Origin: Octopus bimaculoides
Taxonomy: Eukaryota
Length of the DNA stretch: 64,000 nucleotides
NCBI RefSeq assembly: GCF_001194135.2
Contig: NC_068982.1
Span: 166,269,378 to 166,333,377 of the forward strand
Reading direction: 5' to 3'
Shown: in pieces, positions 50,364 to 63,219 of the stretch
Layout of the letters: the number at the start of each line of letters is the position of its first letter
Numbering within the stretch: position 1 is the stretch's first letter
Position numbers and translations under genes: made by a program
Notes under the pieces: generated by a model
Database searches by the model: none
Seen by the model: the letters and a program-made list of their open reading frames with translations, nothing else
What the model was told of the DNA's origin: nothing

Positions 50364-52971
50364 CTTTAAACAGAACTGAAAGGCTGGTTATCACGTCATT
50401 CCATTTATAACCTATAAAGGATATACATATTCAAAAGAAATTCACAAGAATTCTGATTTCCAGATAGTATTGGCTGTGATTAAAGAAACCAATATAGACC
50501 TATAACATTTCAAATCAATATAAACTTGTGTAAGTAATGTATACTTGCTTTGATTCATTATGTAAGAGTGTTAGCTTCAAATGGAACATCACTGAAGGCT
50601 TCGCTTTCATATAATGACTACATACAAGCTAATGAAACTAGCTGCACAAGTTAATGAAACACTGTTCAATTATACAGTAGCCTCTTCTTTCCATAACAGC
50701 GAGTTGTTTCTCTCTATGGTACCGATTTACAAGAGATACTTGTGGTTGGTGAGAGTTAAATGCATTTACCAATGAGTAACATAGACCGTGCCGGACCAAC
50801 TGCAACTCGGTTTATCAGATTTTAAATGTCAGAAACTGGTGTTCTGTCAGATATTATATTAGGAGCAAGTGAATTGGCTTCAGAAGAGAATTGAAACCAC
50901 GTGTCAGTTTCAGCTTACCTCTGCCCTATGTATTAAATACTGAAATATCTGTTTCCAACAAAGACTGAACTCACATATTATGTTTTGTTTAACCTGCACA
51001 GACTTGCAGCACGAACGAAAGTTTTGCTTGTAAATATTAAGGTGCAGATAAAATGACATGTGGTACTTCGGTCTTTATACGTTCAACTCCTGCTGAGGTT
51101 GAGTTTACTTTTCATCTTTCCTGGGTCGATAAAATACAATATTGTGGTCGATATAATTGACAATACCCTTTCCCAAGCATGGATATGTTGCGTTCGTACT
51201 AGAAATGTATATACATCGGCTCACCACCACCACCACCCTCAAATGTAGAGGAAGAAAGAGTTAGTGGCTATGAGTAGAAAGCGTGATAAGCATGATCTTA
51301 TATCCGGTTAGTGTGCTGATGGAATAGTAATGATAAGGTAGAAAAAGAAATTATGATACAGAATGTGTACAGCTGGAGATGGCTGGTTGTTTACTTGTTG
51401 CTATCATGTATAGCATAAAACCTGAGATAAGAGAGGCAAGAAAAGTCACTGAAGTTACTTATAATACTTGGTATGTATGTAGGCAGGCTATAAATTGGCT
51501 GTTTTAAAGAGATGGGGAAATATCAGGGGATCAGCTAAAAATAATTAGTGTAGTCGTATAAAATATAGTTTTGTGAAACTTTTTCCATCTCTGAATGAAG
51601 GCCTGTGTAGCAAGAAAAGAAAATGACAAATAAAAGCATTAAAAGGAAGTTATTTTCAACAAACAACGAAGCAGCTAAGAAGAGTATCAGGGGAGGAAGG
51701 GAGAAAGAGTGTGAGTGTGTGTGTGTGTGAGTGTGTGTGTGTGTGTGTAAGTGTGTGTGTACATGTATATATGTGTACGCGTAGAGGTGGAAGGAAGTAA
51801 TAGTAACAACAAACTAGAGATAGCAGGTCAGACAAAAAGCTCGAGGTTGTGAATATTTGGGACTTATTTTTCTTACACTAACGCTGCTGCACTGACCGTA
51901 GATGATGAAGATATGTCTTCAGAATAATAAACATCTCACTACTTGAAAGGAAATTAGTAAAAAGAAACGAATTAGCAATAGCAAAAAGGAACGAATGTAA
52001 CACTTGAAAAGAAAAGACTTCAAAAGAACACGCTAAGATCATTTAGAAATAACATTGGATCATTGATAGTAGGTGTGTTTTCGTTTAATCTGCTTTCTGT
52101 CCAACTTATGGAACAACTAATTATTCTCCATATTTCTCTTAACTTTCTTTCATTCATTTCTTTTTGTTTTTCCCTTTATATTTTTCTTCAGTCATATAAT
52201 GTTCTATTGTGGTCGTTGTTGTTTCTTTATTTTCCTATACTGGTGATTTGTCTCACTAATGATGTCATTAATATCAGTTTGATGATTATACACACACAAT
52301 CACATACACTATACGCATAGTTGTATACAAACACATACTGATCCAATGATCCAGCCTTCGCCGATGCAGACATGCTAATACTAAAAGAATAGCGGGTATT
52401 TGTTACATTCCTGACAATAATAATTTTGCCTGGACCATTCGAATTCGAAGTAGGCGGTTTGGGGTTAGTTTGTTTCTTGTCTTGTTTGTTTTGTATTTGT
52501 TGTTTTTTGGAGGGAGAGAATATTAAGACAGCGAGAGCTATCAACTGTTGTAACGTACGAATTTAATATTCACAGTATATAGACTGTATGACTACGCATT
52601 CATAGCTCCTTTGAGGAGACAGAATCTCGACGATGTTTTTAAACCTTCTTTAGCTAAAGAAAGTATAGGGAAAATTCAGTGAGGTGATTCATGTTCATGT
52701 ATGTTATTACAGGAACAGCTGGCTGCATTATCAGCTCATGGATTGCCAGATCAAATCCATTTCAGATGATATGCGTCGTCACTGGACAGGTCAATTTATT
52801 TCAGTTGCCTCGGGTCTGGGTCTTAGAAAAATTCGTAGAAAATTACCGATGATAGAGAAAGTGGCATAGCTTAATAATAGATTTGTTTTGCCTTCAATTA
52901 ACGGTACAGAAACAGGAGCTGAGTAACTAATTGCTTTTACAGAAAACCGAAAAATAGAAAATTATGTAAAC

Positions 52972-52976
<5 letters not shown>

Positions 52977-53043
<67 letters not shown>
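52977..53043. repeat. (TA)n microsatellite
   Basis: Directly visible. Confidence 0.95.
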
Positions 53044-53046
<3 letters not shown>

Positions 53047-54192
53047 GGCGGGAAATGCAAATATGATTGCTTGAATTTCCCGTGTGTGTGTGTGTACGCA
53101 TAACTACACATTGATGCCCTTTCACCATCGACTTTATCTCAATTTTCTGAAAATGTATATTTTTAATGAAATTTTGTAAAGTTACGTTTGGGAGTATGTA
53201 AATTACAAATTATTTTGGCCATGTTGAAAAAAAAAATCCTTTTAATATTTATGGAGTTTCGAACCATTCTTCCCTCCTTCCCATTTCATTATCCCATTAC
53301 ATTCTTTAAAATGCAGAAATGTTTTCGAGTTTGTGTACTAGGTAATGTTATTTCAAACATATAAATAGATTTTAAAAATTGAAAACGCTAAAGTTACGGA
53401 AATTTGTGGTCACAAATTTCAGGCAGGGATGTGGAGCAAGAAAAATCTGAAACTCTTCCAATTTTGTAGAAATTTTTCCCTAAATTTTGTAAACATAATT
53501 GTAATCTACACCCACGTAAACGTATCTCTGCAAGATTTCATTTAAAAGTACACATTATGCAGGAAGATGTGAGAAGGCAATCGAGGGGTAAAACAATTTG
53601 TAGTTTTGGCGTGTAGCGGTGCGTGTGTGTGTTCGCATATTTGATAAACATGTTTATTTTCACTGTGAATTTTAACCTCGTGGTTAAACATCACTGCTTA
53701 TGTAATACGTTAGCACCAGAAATACATCAGACTCGCGTATGTCTGTGTAGTAGTGTACTACATGAAAGTTAATATCTATAGTGTAGATACATTATGTATA
53801 CACACATTAGAATTAACTCGCAAACAGAACACACGTAACGACACTAAAAAGTTTGTCATAGGAACAAATATTTAGCATTAAGCCAGACCCTTTAGTCTGA
53901 AAATGAAGCGAATATAAATAGCCTCTCGTCGGTGAAGGGCTGTGCTCGAAATAGACACTTCCACTTGACATGGTAAGCTACCTCCCCCTCTACCCATTTA
54001 TTAATATTAGGTCACCCTATCACAGATGATCTCTGGTGAATAATGCACATCATTAACATAGCAAAGACTTCATTTCAAAGGCTGACCTTTCCCTTCGAGG
54101 GAAGAAAATACTTTTATCTCGTAACTACTAACCCTTTTACAAAGCTCAGCTGAAACCCACAACAGCGTAATGCACCCCCATTTGTTACGATG

Positions 54193-54245
<53 letters not shown>

Positions 54246-54644
54246 CATACTCATTCATTCAGAAAAAGCCCACTCCAGAATCTGGCCCTCTGACATGCTA
54301 TCTTTACGCTTCTTCTTCCACAATTACAGGGACTTCCGTCCCTCAGAGCCGGTTAATCATATGTCACCTCCACTAAGGTGCTCCCAGATCATCTCTCTTC
54401 CCCTTTTCACACACATTGTACCAAGCCTCCCTTCTTCCACCACCACCACTCCTGTACTAATCATTATGACCAATCATTTACTTTTCAGAATATTGACCTT
54501 CTGAAATTCCCTCCAAGCACATACATTTCTTTCTTGCAATCATCGATTTACACTATAAACGGAAGATAAATAGCATTGGTTCCCCATCCCCACGACCTCA
54601 AACCGCTATATGTCCCCTTTATATTTCATTATATGCACACCTCA

Positions 54645-54849
54645 AGGCGGTGAGCTGGCAGAATCGTTAGCACGTCGGGCGAAATGCTTAGCGGTATTTC
54701 GTCTGTCATTACGTTCTGAGTTCAGATTCCGCCGAGGTCGATTTGCCTTTCATCCTTTCGGGATCGATAAAGTAAGTACCAGTTGCGTACGTCGATCTAA
54801 TCGACTGGCCCCCTCCTCCAAAATTTCGGGCCTTGTGCCTCTAGAAAAG
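54645..54849 (+). mobile_element. SINE family X, near full length (tRNA-like head with Deu/Nin-like central motif)
   Basis: A box tggcagaatcg, B box gagttcagattcc, central gcctttcatcctttcgggatcgataaagtaagtaccag. Flanked by the 17-bp near-direct repeat ATTATATGCRCAYCTCA (54628-54644 and 54850-54866). Confidence 0.9.
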
Positions 54850-55104
54850 ATTATATGCGCATCTCATTCGTGTACCTTTCATTGTATATGAACTACGTAC
54901 ATTTTGGTTATCGTACATTTGACACCAGATATTAAAAATTGCCTCAACGAACACTTGATGTATCAAGTAACCCACAAATCTTTTGCATCAAATTAAAGGA
55001 TTACTCAGTACTTTTACAGAGTATATAGTTGTTATATTACAAAAATATTGGTGGGAGTGACTTCGAAGTTTCGGTCTGCTCGCTTTCATCGGAATAATAT
55101 ATTA

Positions 55105-55316
55105 AATATTTTATAAACGTAAGCTTATAAGCGATCAGCATGCATTCACTGAAGTAAATAGTCTAATATTCCTCGACAGAAAAAAAAAAGCAGGATTTGC
55201 CGTACGCATGTGAAAACCATACTTTTTCCGTCGAGGGTTTCTATGCCCTAATATTAGACTATTTACTTTAGTCAATGCACGGTGATCGCTTATAAGTTTT
55301 AAGCTTATAAAATATT
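55105..55316. repeat. about 210-bp foldback (long inverted repeat), probably a MITE
   Basis: Arms 55105-55170 and 55250-55316 are about 85% complementary, plus an inner stem cctcgacagaaaaa / tttttccgtcgagg. Confidence 0.85.
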
Positions 55317-55361
55317 ATTTACAGATTTGTAAAATCAGCACTGCTTATATATATACAAAAC

Positions 55362-55590
55362 TTTTATTCTTTTACTTCTTTCAGTCATTTGACTGCGGCC
55401 ATGCTAGAGCACTGCTTTAAAGGGTTTTAGTCCAAGAAATCGACCCCAGCACTTATTCTTTATAAGCCTAGTACTTATTCTATCGGTCTTTTTTGCCGAA
55501 CCGCTAAGTTACGGAGACGTAAACACACCAATATCGGGTGCCAAGCGATGGTGGCGGGGGACAAACACAGACACAAGCGCATAAAACATA
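55362..55590 (-). mobile_element. SINE family Y 3' half
   Basis: Reverse complement of 57790-57990 (...cttagcggttcggcaaaa...gatagaataagtactaggctt...gcatggccgcagtcaaatgactga). Confidence 0.85.
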
Positions 55591-55638
55591 TATATATATA
55601 TATACTTTTATTTTTCTAAATTTAGATAAGCAAACTTT

Positions 55639-56664
55639 TTAATCTAAAATATACTTTCCTTCCTTTTCTACAATGCTCTTCTATCTGTCTGGTAGACTTG
55701 CAAGGCTCCTCTTTCAACATTCACTTGTCCATGACGAAAAATACACCTCCGCTACTGTTCTGACCTCTTCTACAAAATTCATATTTTTCCGTCTAAATGA
55801 TTTTGAAGACTGTGGAATAAATAATAAATGGGACAATGTCCGGTGAATATGGTAGGTAGGTGGGGCATCGTTTCCCATTAAAACTGCTCCAGCCTATGGA
55901 ATGTCATCCTCGCTGTATATGACCGAGCATAATCCTGATGGAAGCATAATCCTGATGAAACCAAAGATGGTTGTTTTTCTTCTAGCGCTGACTTAAGCCG
56001 CTCAAGCTGTTCGCAGTAGATCTCCTTTGTTATCATTTGGTTTGGGTTTAACATTTCAAAGTGGACTAAGCCTTTCATATCCCACCAAACAGATAATAAC
56101 ACCTTACGTGGGTGAAGATCTTCTTTAGCCTTGGGTGCCGATGTTTCTCCTTTCCCTACCCACTGTTTTCGGCGCTTGACATTTTTATAGAGAACCCATT
56201 TCTCGTCACCAGTCAATATTCGGTCCAAAAAACGTTCATTCGTGAGACGTGACAGCAAAGAAGAGCACACATTCACTCCCTGCGCACGATTAGACTCGGA
56301 AAGTTTGTGAGGAATCCATTGACCCAATTTGCTGACTTTTCCGTTGGCACGCAGGTATCGATGAATGGTTGAATGACCAAATCTAAACTTCTCTGCTAGT
56401 TCCTCAACAGTTACGATGGGATTTTGTTCTACCAGGGTTTGCAGGACGTCCTCGTCGGGTTTTACAGATCTTCCAAGACGAGGCTCGTTTTTCTAGGCTG
56501 TAATTTCAGGTTCGGAATTTCTGGAACCACTGTTGATACTGGCATATGCTTATTGTCCGATCCCCATATACTGCATTGATGTTCCTCGCACTTTCCGTTG
56601 CGTTATTGCTTTTATTGAACTCATGAAGCAACACATGCCGAATATACTCCTTTGTTACTTTCAT
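55639..56664 (-). pseudogene. mariner (Mos1/SETMAR-type) transposase pseudogene, nearly full length
   Basis: MKVTKEYIRHVLLHEFNKSNNATESARNINAVYG (ATG 56664), WIPHKL, ILTGDEKWVLY, KVLLSVWWD, HQDYARSY, ending EGKYILD-stop at 55639. Several stops and frameshifts. Confidence 0.92.
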
Positions 56665-56880
56665 TATAGCTTTGAAAGAATAACTGCTAAAATCGAACTG
56701 TACTCTTCAAAACTTGCACTAAGAATAAGTACAAGGTAAAATTATTACCTGCTTTTATAGCAAGTTGTGACAAAATGAAAATCATTGTTTTCCCCCAATC
56801 AGACTAAACAGTTGTTAAATGAAATTTTAAAAGGGAATAAATTCGCGTTAGTATCGGTTATGTTGCCAAATTTCTACTGT

Positions 56881-57039
56881 AGACAAGGTGCCTGAAATTT
56901 TGGAGGTGGAGACTAGCCGATTACATTGACCCTAGTGCTCAACTAGTGGTTATTTCATCGACCTCGGCGGAATTTGAACTCAGAACGTAAAGACAGATGA
57001 AATACTACTAAGTGCTTTATGCTAATGTTTCTGCCAACT
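56881..57039 (-). mobile_element. SINE family X copy with internal deletion
   Basis: Reverse complement of the 54645 family. The central motif is collapsed between the two tcgacc repeats. Confidence 0.8.
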
Positions 57040-57729
57040 TGAAAGTTAATATCGTGATGTCACAATATACATTTATCATAGCTAATTAAAGTTTTTCCAG
57101 CTAAATTTTTATCTTGGCTAGGACTGTTAACAAGTCAGTCAGTCATTAATTGTTTTTATCTTTTATATATATATATAGCAACTCTCTTCTCTACTACAAA
57201 TCTCCCAGCAAGAGCAACATCCTAATTAGTATTCTCAAGCTGGTCAATTAGTTTATAGTTAGCTAGTATAAAATGTACACAGAGAGACTACCTACTACAA
57301 TGAACAGATTTCTTCTCGCACTCTTACCGTGTCATACTTTTCGTCCAAAATAAAATTAATTTCTCACCTATTCCTCCACATACACACTCACTCACTCGCT
57401 TCTCAGTCTACAGCCGTAACCATAACAACACACTGACATTTGAACTGAAGTTTCATGTATCTTGATTCTTGTTTTAATATACAGATGTTTTACTATTTAT
57501 TTCTATTAAACTTTGGAGTGGTAAAAGTCAATGCTGGGCACTGCAAGTTTTAAACTAGGAAACCTCATCCTATCATATCAACAAATTGTAATCCCCGGAA
57601 TATTCTCACGCAGGCACTAATATATATATATATATATATANNNNNNNNNNNNNNNNNNNNNNNNNNNNNNNNNNNNNNNNNNNNNNNNNNNNNNNNNNNN
57701 NNNNNNNNNNNNNNNNNNNNNNNNNNNNN

Positions 57730-57990
57730 ATATATATAGTGTGTGTGTGTGTGTCCGTATAGGTTTGTGTGTGTGTGTGTGTCCGTATAGGTTTGTGTGT
57801 CTGTGTTTGTACCCCCAACATCGCTTGACAACCGATGCTGGTGTGTTTACGTCCCCGTTACTTAGCGGTTCGGCAAAAGAGACCGATAGAATAAGTACTA
57901 GGCTTACAAAGGATAAGTCCTGGGATCGATTTGCTCGACTAAAGGCGGTGCTCCAGCATGGCCACAGTCAAATGACTGAAACAAGTAAAG
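57730..57990 (+). mobile_element. SINE family Y 3' half preceded by (TG)-rich internal repeat
   Basis: tgtgtctgtgtttgtacccccaacatcgcttgacaaccgatg...aaatgactgaaacaagtaaa, matching 55362-55590. Confidence 0.85.
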
Positions 57991-58250
57991 TATGTTAATT
58001 CATTAAAAATCATTTGTAATTTCTTGAAATCATCTTCTGTTCCCATTCAGAGTTATTGATAAGTACTAATCATTTAACCATATATGTCTCATTTTTTATG
58101 TATATACACAATTGACAGGCAAAATGCTGCGGTTTTCGTCCGAGATAAAATCTCTGATAGACGTGCTATGTTTAAAAACACAATATCTATCGTGGGCTGG
58201 GGGCGAAAGATAAGCTGCTAGCACCGACAGCGAGAACGCCAGATGCATTT

Positions 58251-59128
58251 CGGCGTGTTTCAAAAAAATTGATACCATTTGAGATGTAAATATCACAGAA
58301 ACTACATAGTCAAAGCAAATGAAACTAAAACACGCTTAATGTTGAGCAACATAAGATTTATTCCTCCAAATCTGAATGGAAGATGCTTCTTGGAGATGAC
58401 GCAGAACACATTCATTTTTGGTGACTCCCTCTCATGCTCAACTGTGGCATAGGGATTTTCTTCACCCCAAATGCGAACATTATGCTTATTGACTTTGCCA
58501 TTCGTATGAAATGTGGCCTCATCACTGAAAACAAGACGTTCCTTGAACTCGGCTTCTTCAAGTTTCTCTTGCATATCAACACAGAACTGTTTGCACTTTC
58601 GTTTGTCATCTGCCGTTATGGCTTGAACGAGCTGCAGCTTGAAGTGTTTCATAGCAAGCGTTTCCTCAGGACGCGCCAAACTGTCGTTGGTGGAATCTGG
58701 GTTTCTAGACTTGTTCTTCTTATGGACTTCTTGGAGCTTTGCAAGAGTTTTTGGCGAACCCGCTCGACCGTCTCTTCCGATGTTAGTGGTCGTCCAGATC
58801 CTTTTGCCCTGCACAGACAGTCTTCCTCTCTGAAATTTTTGTGCCATGTCCAAATCTGCATTGCCGTTGGTAACTTTTTTAGAGAACTCTCTCACAAATG
58901 TGCACTGCACAGTCTTGTTCGACTGTGTTCGAGCATACTCCAACACACAAAACGCCTTTTCTCTTCCAGTGAATGCCATTTCTATACCTGAAAAGATAAG
59001 CATATCAAACACTAAGCATAAAATTTTGACTTGTTTCTACATATGCTGTTAAAATTGGAAGTTATTTGAACAAGAACTACCAAAGTTATTAGATTGCAAA
59101 ATGATATCAAATTTTTTGAAACACCCTG
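58251..59128 (-). mobile_element. Tc1/mariner element (rosa/DD41D-like N-terminus), internally deleted
   Basis: TIRs of about 28 bp (gtgtttcaaaaaawttgataycat) at 58251-58278 and 59101-59128, with TA on the right. Peptides MAFTGREKAFCVLEYARTQS, KGSGRP and LVFSDEATFHTNGKVNKHNVRIWGEENP...SPKMNVFC. The second D and third catalytic residue are missing. Confidence 0.88.
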
Positions 59129-59430
59129 TATATACTCAGATAAATTTCGTCTTGGAATGTGATAGCGAGTTCATGTCATTTTCAAGGCCCAAGAATGCCA
59201 AAATTCATTTGGTGTTTACGCCAGCCGCTGCTGGGATGATCTGTTGTCTCCCTCTAATATATATTCTGTTCTCTAACACAGTACATCTTTGAGATTTTAT
59301 CTCGGAGAAAATCTGCAGTATCATGCCAGTCAACGGTGTATAAACATTAAATATGACACATACATGGTTATTCTACTTCAATTGCCTGCACCGATTTTTT
59401 ACTAATCAAATATAAAGATAAATTATATTA

Positions 59431-59472
<42 letters not shown>

Positions 59473-60199
59473 NNNNNNNNNNNNNNNNNNNNNNNNNNNN
59501 NNNNNNNNNNNNNNNNNNNNNNNNNNNNNNNNNNNNNNNNNNNNNNNNNNNNNNNNNNNNNNNNNNNNNNNNNNNNNNNNNNNNNNNNNNNNNNNNNNNN
59601 NNNNNNNNNNNNNNNNNNNNNNNNNNNNNNNNNNNNNNNNNNNNNNNNNNNNNNNNNNNNNGTTTTTTGTTCTGTGTGTATCAAAAATATCGCTATCAAT
59701 CTAGAGTAATAATTTGTAGTTTTGAAATCAGTAGTTCTTTGACTGCTATTTCTGAATTCTCAGTATGTTGGAGAAGCAGGTTACTGTCAATCCCTATATA
59801 TTTATGATTATAAATGTTTTTTTACCGAAAAAGGTTTTTTCATACTGAGCTACCCGGCAAAATTGTTAATTATTAATTTTATTACTAATTGACGATTCCC
59901 TGCCCTGCATATCTATATATATATATATATATATATATATTTCCTCAAAAAAATGTGTAACCTTGTACTACTGAAATAGCTTTACCGATCCTTTCTGCTG
60001 TTCTATATACAGTTTATACAGCCATCAGTGCTGCCTTTATAACCGTGTGTGTGGAGGGAGGCATTAGGGTAAAATTGAAGACTATGTTGCTGATGTTTAA
60101 TCTCAGATCATCCCTAACCTAGGAGTCTTATGAAGAAAAGTACTCTAACCATTGCCGCTATGGCCTTTCTATCCGAGACTACTTACAACGTCTAGTGTG

Positions 60200-60286
60200 T
60201 TCTTTCCACTTTTAAAATGGTAAAGTTGTGATCTGAGGGAGATATGGCTGCTATTTCTAGTAGATCGAGGCACTACATAGATGTTC
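60200..60286 (-). repeat. interspersed repeat family Z fragment
   Basis: tgtgatctgagggagatatggctgctatttctag. Confidence 0.55.
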
Positions 60287-60417
60287 GTCTTAATGTAATT
60301 TGCTCAGAGGTCATGAATTTCCAGCTTATACTCACGGGAACGTTCATCCCATTACTGTAAGCTAATGAAACAGCAACTTAGTGTTGTCAGTATTGGCATT
60401 GCTCAATTACACTGTGG

Positions 60418-61332
60418 TACACGCGGGAGTACTCAGAAGTAATCGAGAACGTTCTCTGTAGGACAAGCCCGTTGTAGTTCAGGCTTCCGCGCTAGAAGTC
60501 ACTAGATGCGACCCTCAGGCATCAGTCTGCCGACAGGCGTCGTCGTCCAAGGTCGTACTACTTCGTGATGTGTCTTTGTTTTGCAGTGCCTCTTCCCTGT
60601 TCGTCGATTTTTGTGATGGCTGAAACGAAGAAACAACGTGCTTCTGTGAAATTCTGTTTTCTGATGGAGAAAACGGCGGCCGAAACAGTTGTCATGCTTC
60701 AAACAGCTTACAAGGATGCTGCCATGAGCAAAATACAAGTTTACGAGTGGTTTCCACGCTTTAGGAATGGTCACTTGTCGCTTGAAGACCAACCTTGTTC
60801 AGGGCGACAGTCGACCTCCCGAACGAATGAAGACATCACGAAAATTCATGAACTGATCTTGGAGGACCGTCACCGAATAATTGCCAAACATGCTGATATG
60901 ACTGGTGTATCCTGGAGCTCCTGTCAACGAATTTTGAGCGAGGAATTGCGAATGAAAAGAATTGCATCAAGATGTGTACCTCACTTGTTCATGGAAGATC
61001 AAAAGCAATCACGATCAAATGCGTGTCATGAACTGCAAGAATAGTTGGAAGTTGATCCGGACTTTTTTCTTTTCTTTCTTCGAAAGTCATCACTGGTGAC
61101 GAAAGCTGGTGCTACGGAATTTGTGGATGTGGAAGAGATGAAGAAAGAAAACTACGAAGGCGTTAAAAAACATCACTTCGCAAGAGTTCCAGCACTGCTT
61201 CGAACAGTAGAAAACGCGTCTGGATCGATGCATTGGTTCAAATGGTGAAAGCTTTGAAGGCGATAAAAGTGTGAACATGAAAATGAATAAAATAATATTG
61301 CAAAATTTCGGTCTCTTTTGGGTACCCTTCGT
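60418..61332 (+). mobile_element. mariner element (irritans/Hsmar2-like), internally deleted
   Basis: KQRASVKFCFLMEKTAAETVVMLQTAY...VYEWFPRFRNG...SGRQSTS...RCVPHL, followed by a C-terminal FVDVEEMKK...CFEQ..RLDRCIGSNG. The catalytic core is absent. The right end is ...tgggtacccttcgta and the left TIR is poorly conserved. Confidence 0.85.
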
Positions 61333-62929
61333 ATGCTTTCAGTTAGGTCTATCGAGTGGTTTTGAGAATCAGCCTTTCTTTGTCATAGATGCAGCATCGT
61401 CGGCAAGTATCCGACTGCCATCGCTGGGTCATATACATCTGTCTCTTACAACAGACTATAGCCTACACACGAGTATAATGTAATATACCACATATGTTCT
61501 TTGTGTGATCAATACTTCTTATTGAAGAAAAAAACAGTATTATTCTACTAAACTATTTGTTTATAGTTAGGCTAACAAGTTGTTTTGTCTATTATTTACA
61601 AAACACTTGAAGTCTTACTTTGGATGAGTGAAATGCACGTACATGATAGTAGAAATGTTCTTCTCTTACGTTCTCCCCGTAAGCAGATGCACTCAGAGCT
61701 CTTTGATTTTATAATCGCGTTCAAAACTTTCTATATCGCTTCCAACTTGACAGTTCCTTAGCCTTTGGCGTAAACAGCTTTCTGAAGACTCAATTAATAT
61801 AAACCGCGAGAATGTGTTTCTATTCTATGATTATTATCATTACTTTTTTACATAACAAATTACTATTATTATTGTTATTATTATTATTATTATAATCATC
61901 ATCACCATCAACAACATTATTTGCTGGCGTAGCTCTTTTTTCTTATAAAACTAAATAATTACCAATGCTTACAACTTCGGCATACAGTTTTTTTATGTAT
62001 TTTCTTTTCTACATATATTTATTTTCTTTTTAATGTATCTATTTTGATGGAGAAAATATCTGGAAAATGTTACCAAGTGCAAAAGATGAGACTGACAACG
62101 CAAGATACATATGTGTGCGTGTATGAAAAGAACACACACACACACACTATATAGATATATATAGATATATTTATATGAAAAGAAAAGGCGTGCAATTGTA
62201 TGCATGTATATGCCTTAATTGTCAGAATTCTGCACTGATGTGTAATTTTGAAACCAGTATAATATTAAAACAAAAACTAACCAAACATACAAGCCAAATA
62301 GATGATTCTAAACAGTTATTTATTGATGATTGCTGAAAATACAATTTAAAAGAAAAATCGTTTCAATTGACTCTCACACGAAATGGAATAATTTTTTCTA
62401 CGAATAAACACAAAGCCTGAAATTTTGTTGGAGGGAGCTAATCGATTCACTTGAGCCATACTCACCAATCTAACCACCTTTTGAACAAATTTACTAGTTA
62501 GTAGCACCTCTCTCTCTCCACTTTCGCCTTCCTCTCCAAGAAGAATTTTTTTTTTAAATCAATCTTGATTGAACATGAAAGTCGATCCTCAGTCTTTTCA
62601 AATACTCCACCATGCAACATCTTAATCCATATCCACCATAATTTTTTTTTTTAAACTACCCTTCTCGGACAAAGGAAGGCAGCGGAACGATCTTTACGAC
62701 GGACTCGGCAAATAGCAGGACCAGTCATAAAAGCAACAAAAACTGTTGGGCAACATTCCATAACTCACTAAAACAGTGCGTGAAGAACTGTTTCAATGCT
62801 TCTGCACGCATCTCGGACACGGTGAAACTATAAAGAAAACTATAAATATATCTCTAACTTTCTACGTTTAGGAAGAAAACATTCGTGAACATTGTTTTGT
62901 AGGTGTGCAACAGAATTTACATTTCCTTT

Positions 62930-63219
62930 TACATATATGCCCACGGTCATAAGGCGTAGTGGTTAAGAGCGCGGGCTACTAGCCCCAAGATTCCGAGTTC
63001 GATTCCAAGCAGTGACCTGAACAATAATAATAATAATATCGAAAAATACCTTAGGAATGAGAACCCAGGTTCGAAATTTCCCCAAGACACTTGAAGAAGG
63101 CTGGAGGGTATATCAGCCGAAGCGTTGTGTTAACAACAAACAAGATGAGGACAAATATCCGTCAAATGTAAATAATGTAAATAATGTACATAATTCCTCA
63201 TCTCTTGAATATAGAACTA
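62930..63219 (+). mobile_element. tRNA-Arg-like SINE with PLE-type hammerhead tail (copy 2, complete 3' end)
   Basis: Over 90% similar by eye to 27773-28000. 12-bp TSD TACATTTCCTTT at 62918-62929 and 63220-63231. Confidence 0.92.
63086..63131 (+). ncRNA. minimal hammerhead motif (copy C, C3U and A15.1G variant)
   Basis: gacac TTGAAGA a ggctg...cagcc GAAG cgt t gtgtt. Confidence 0.4.
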
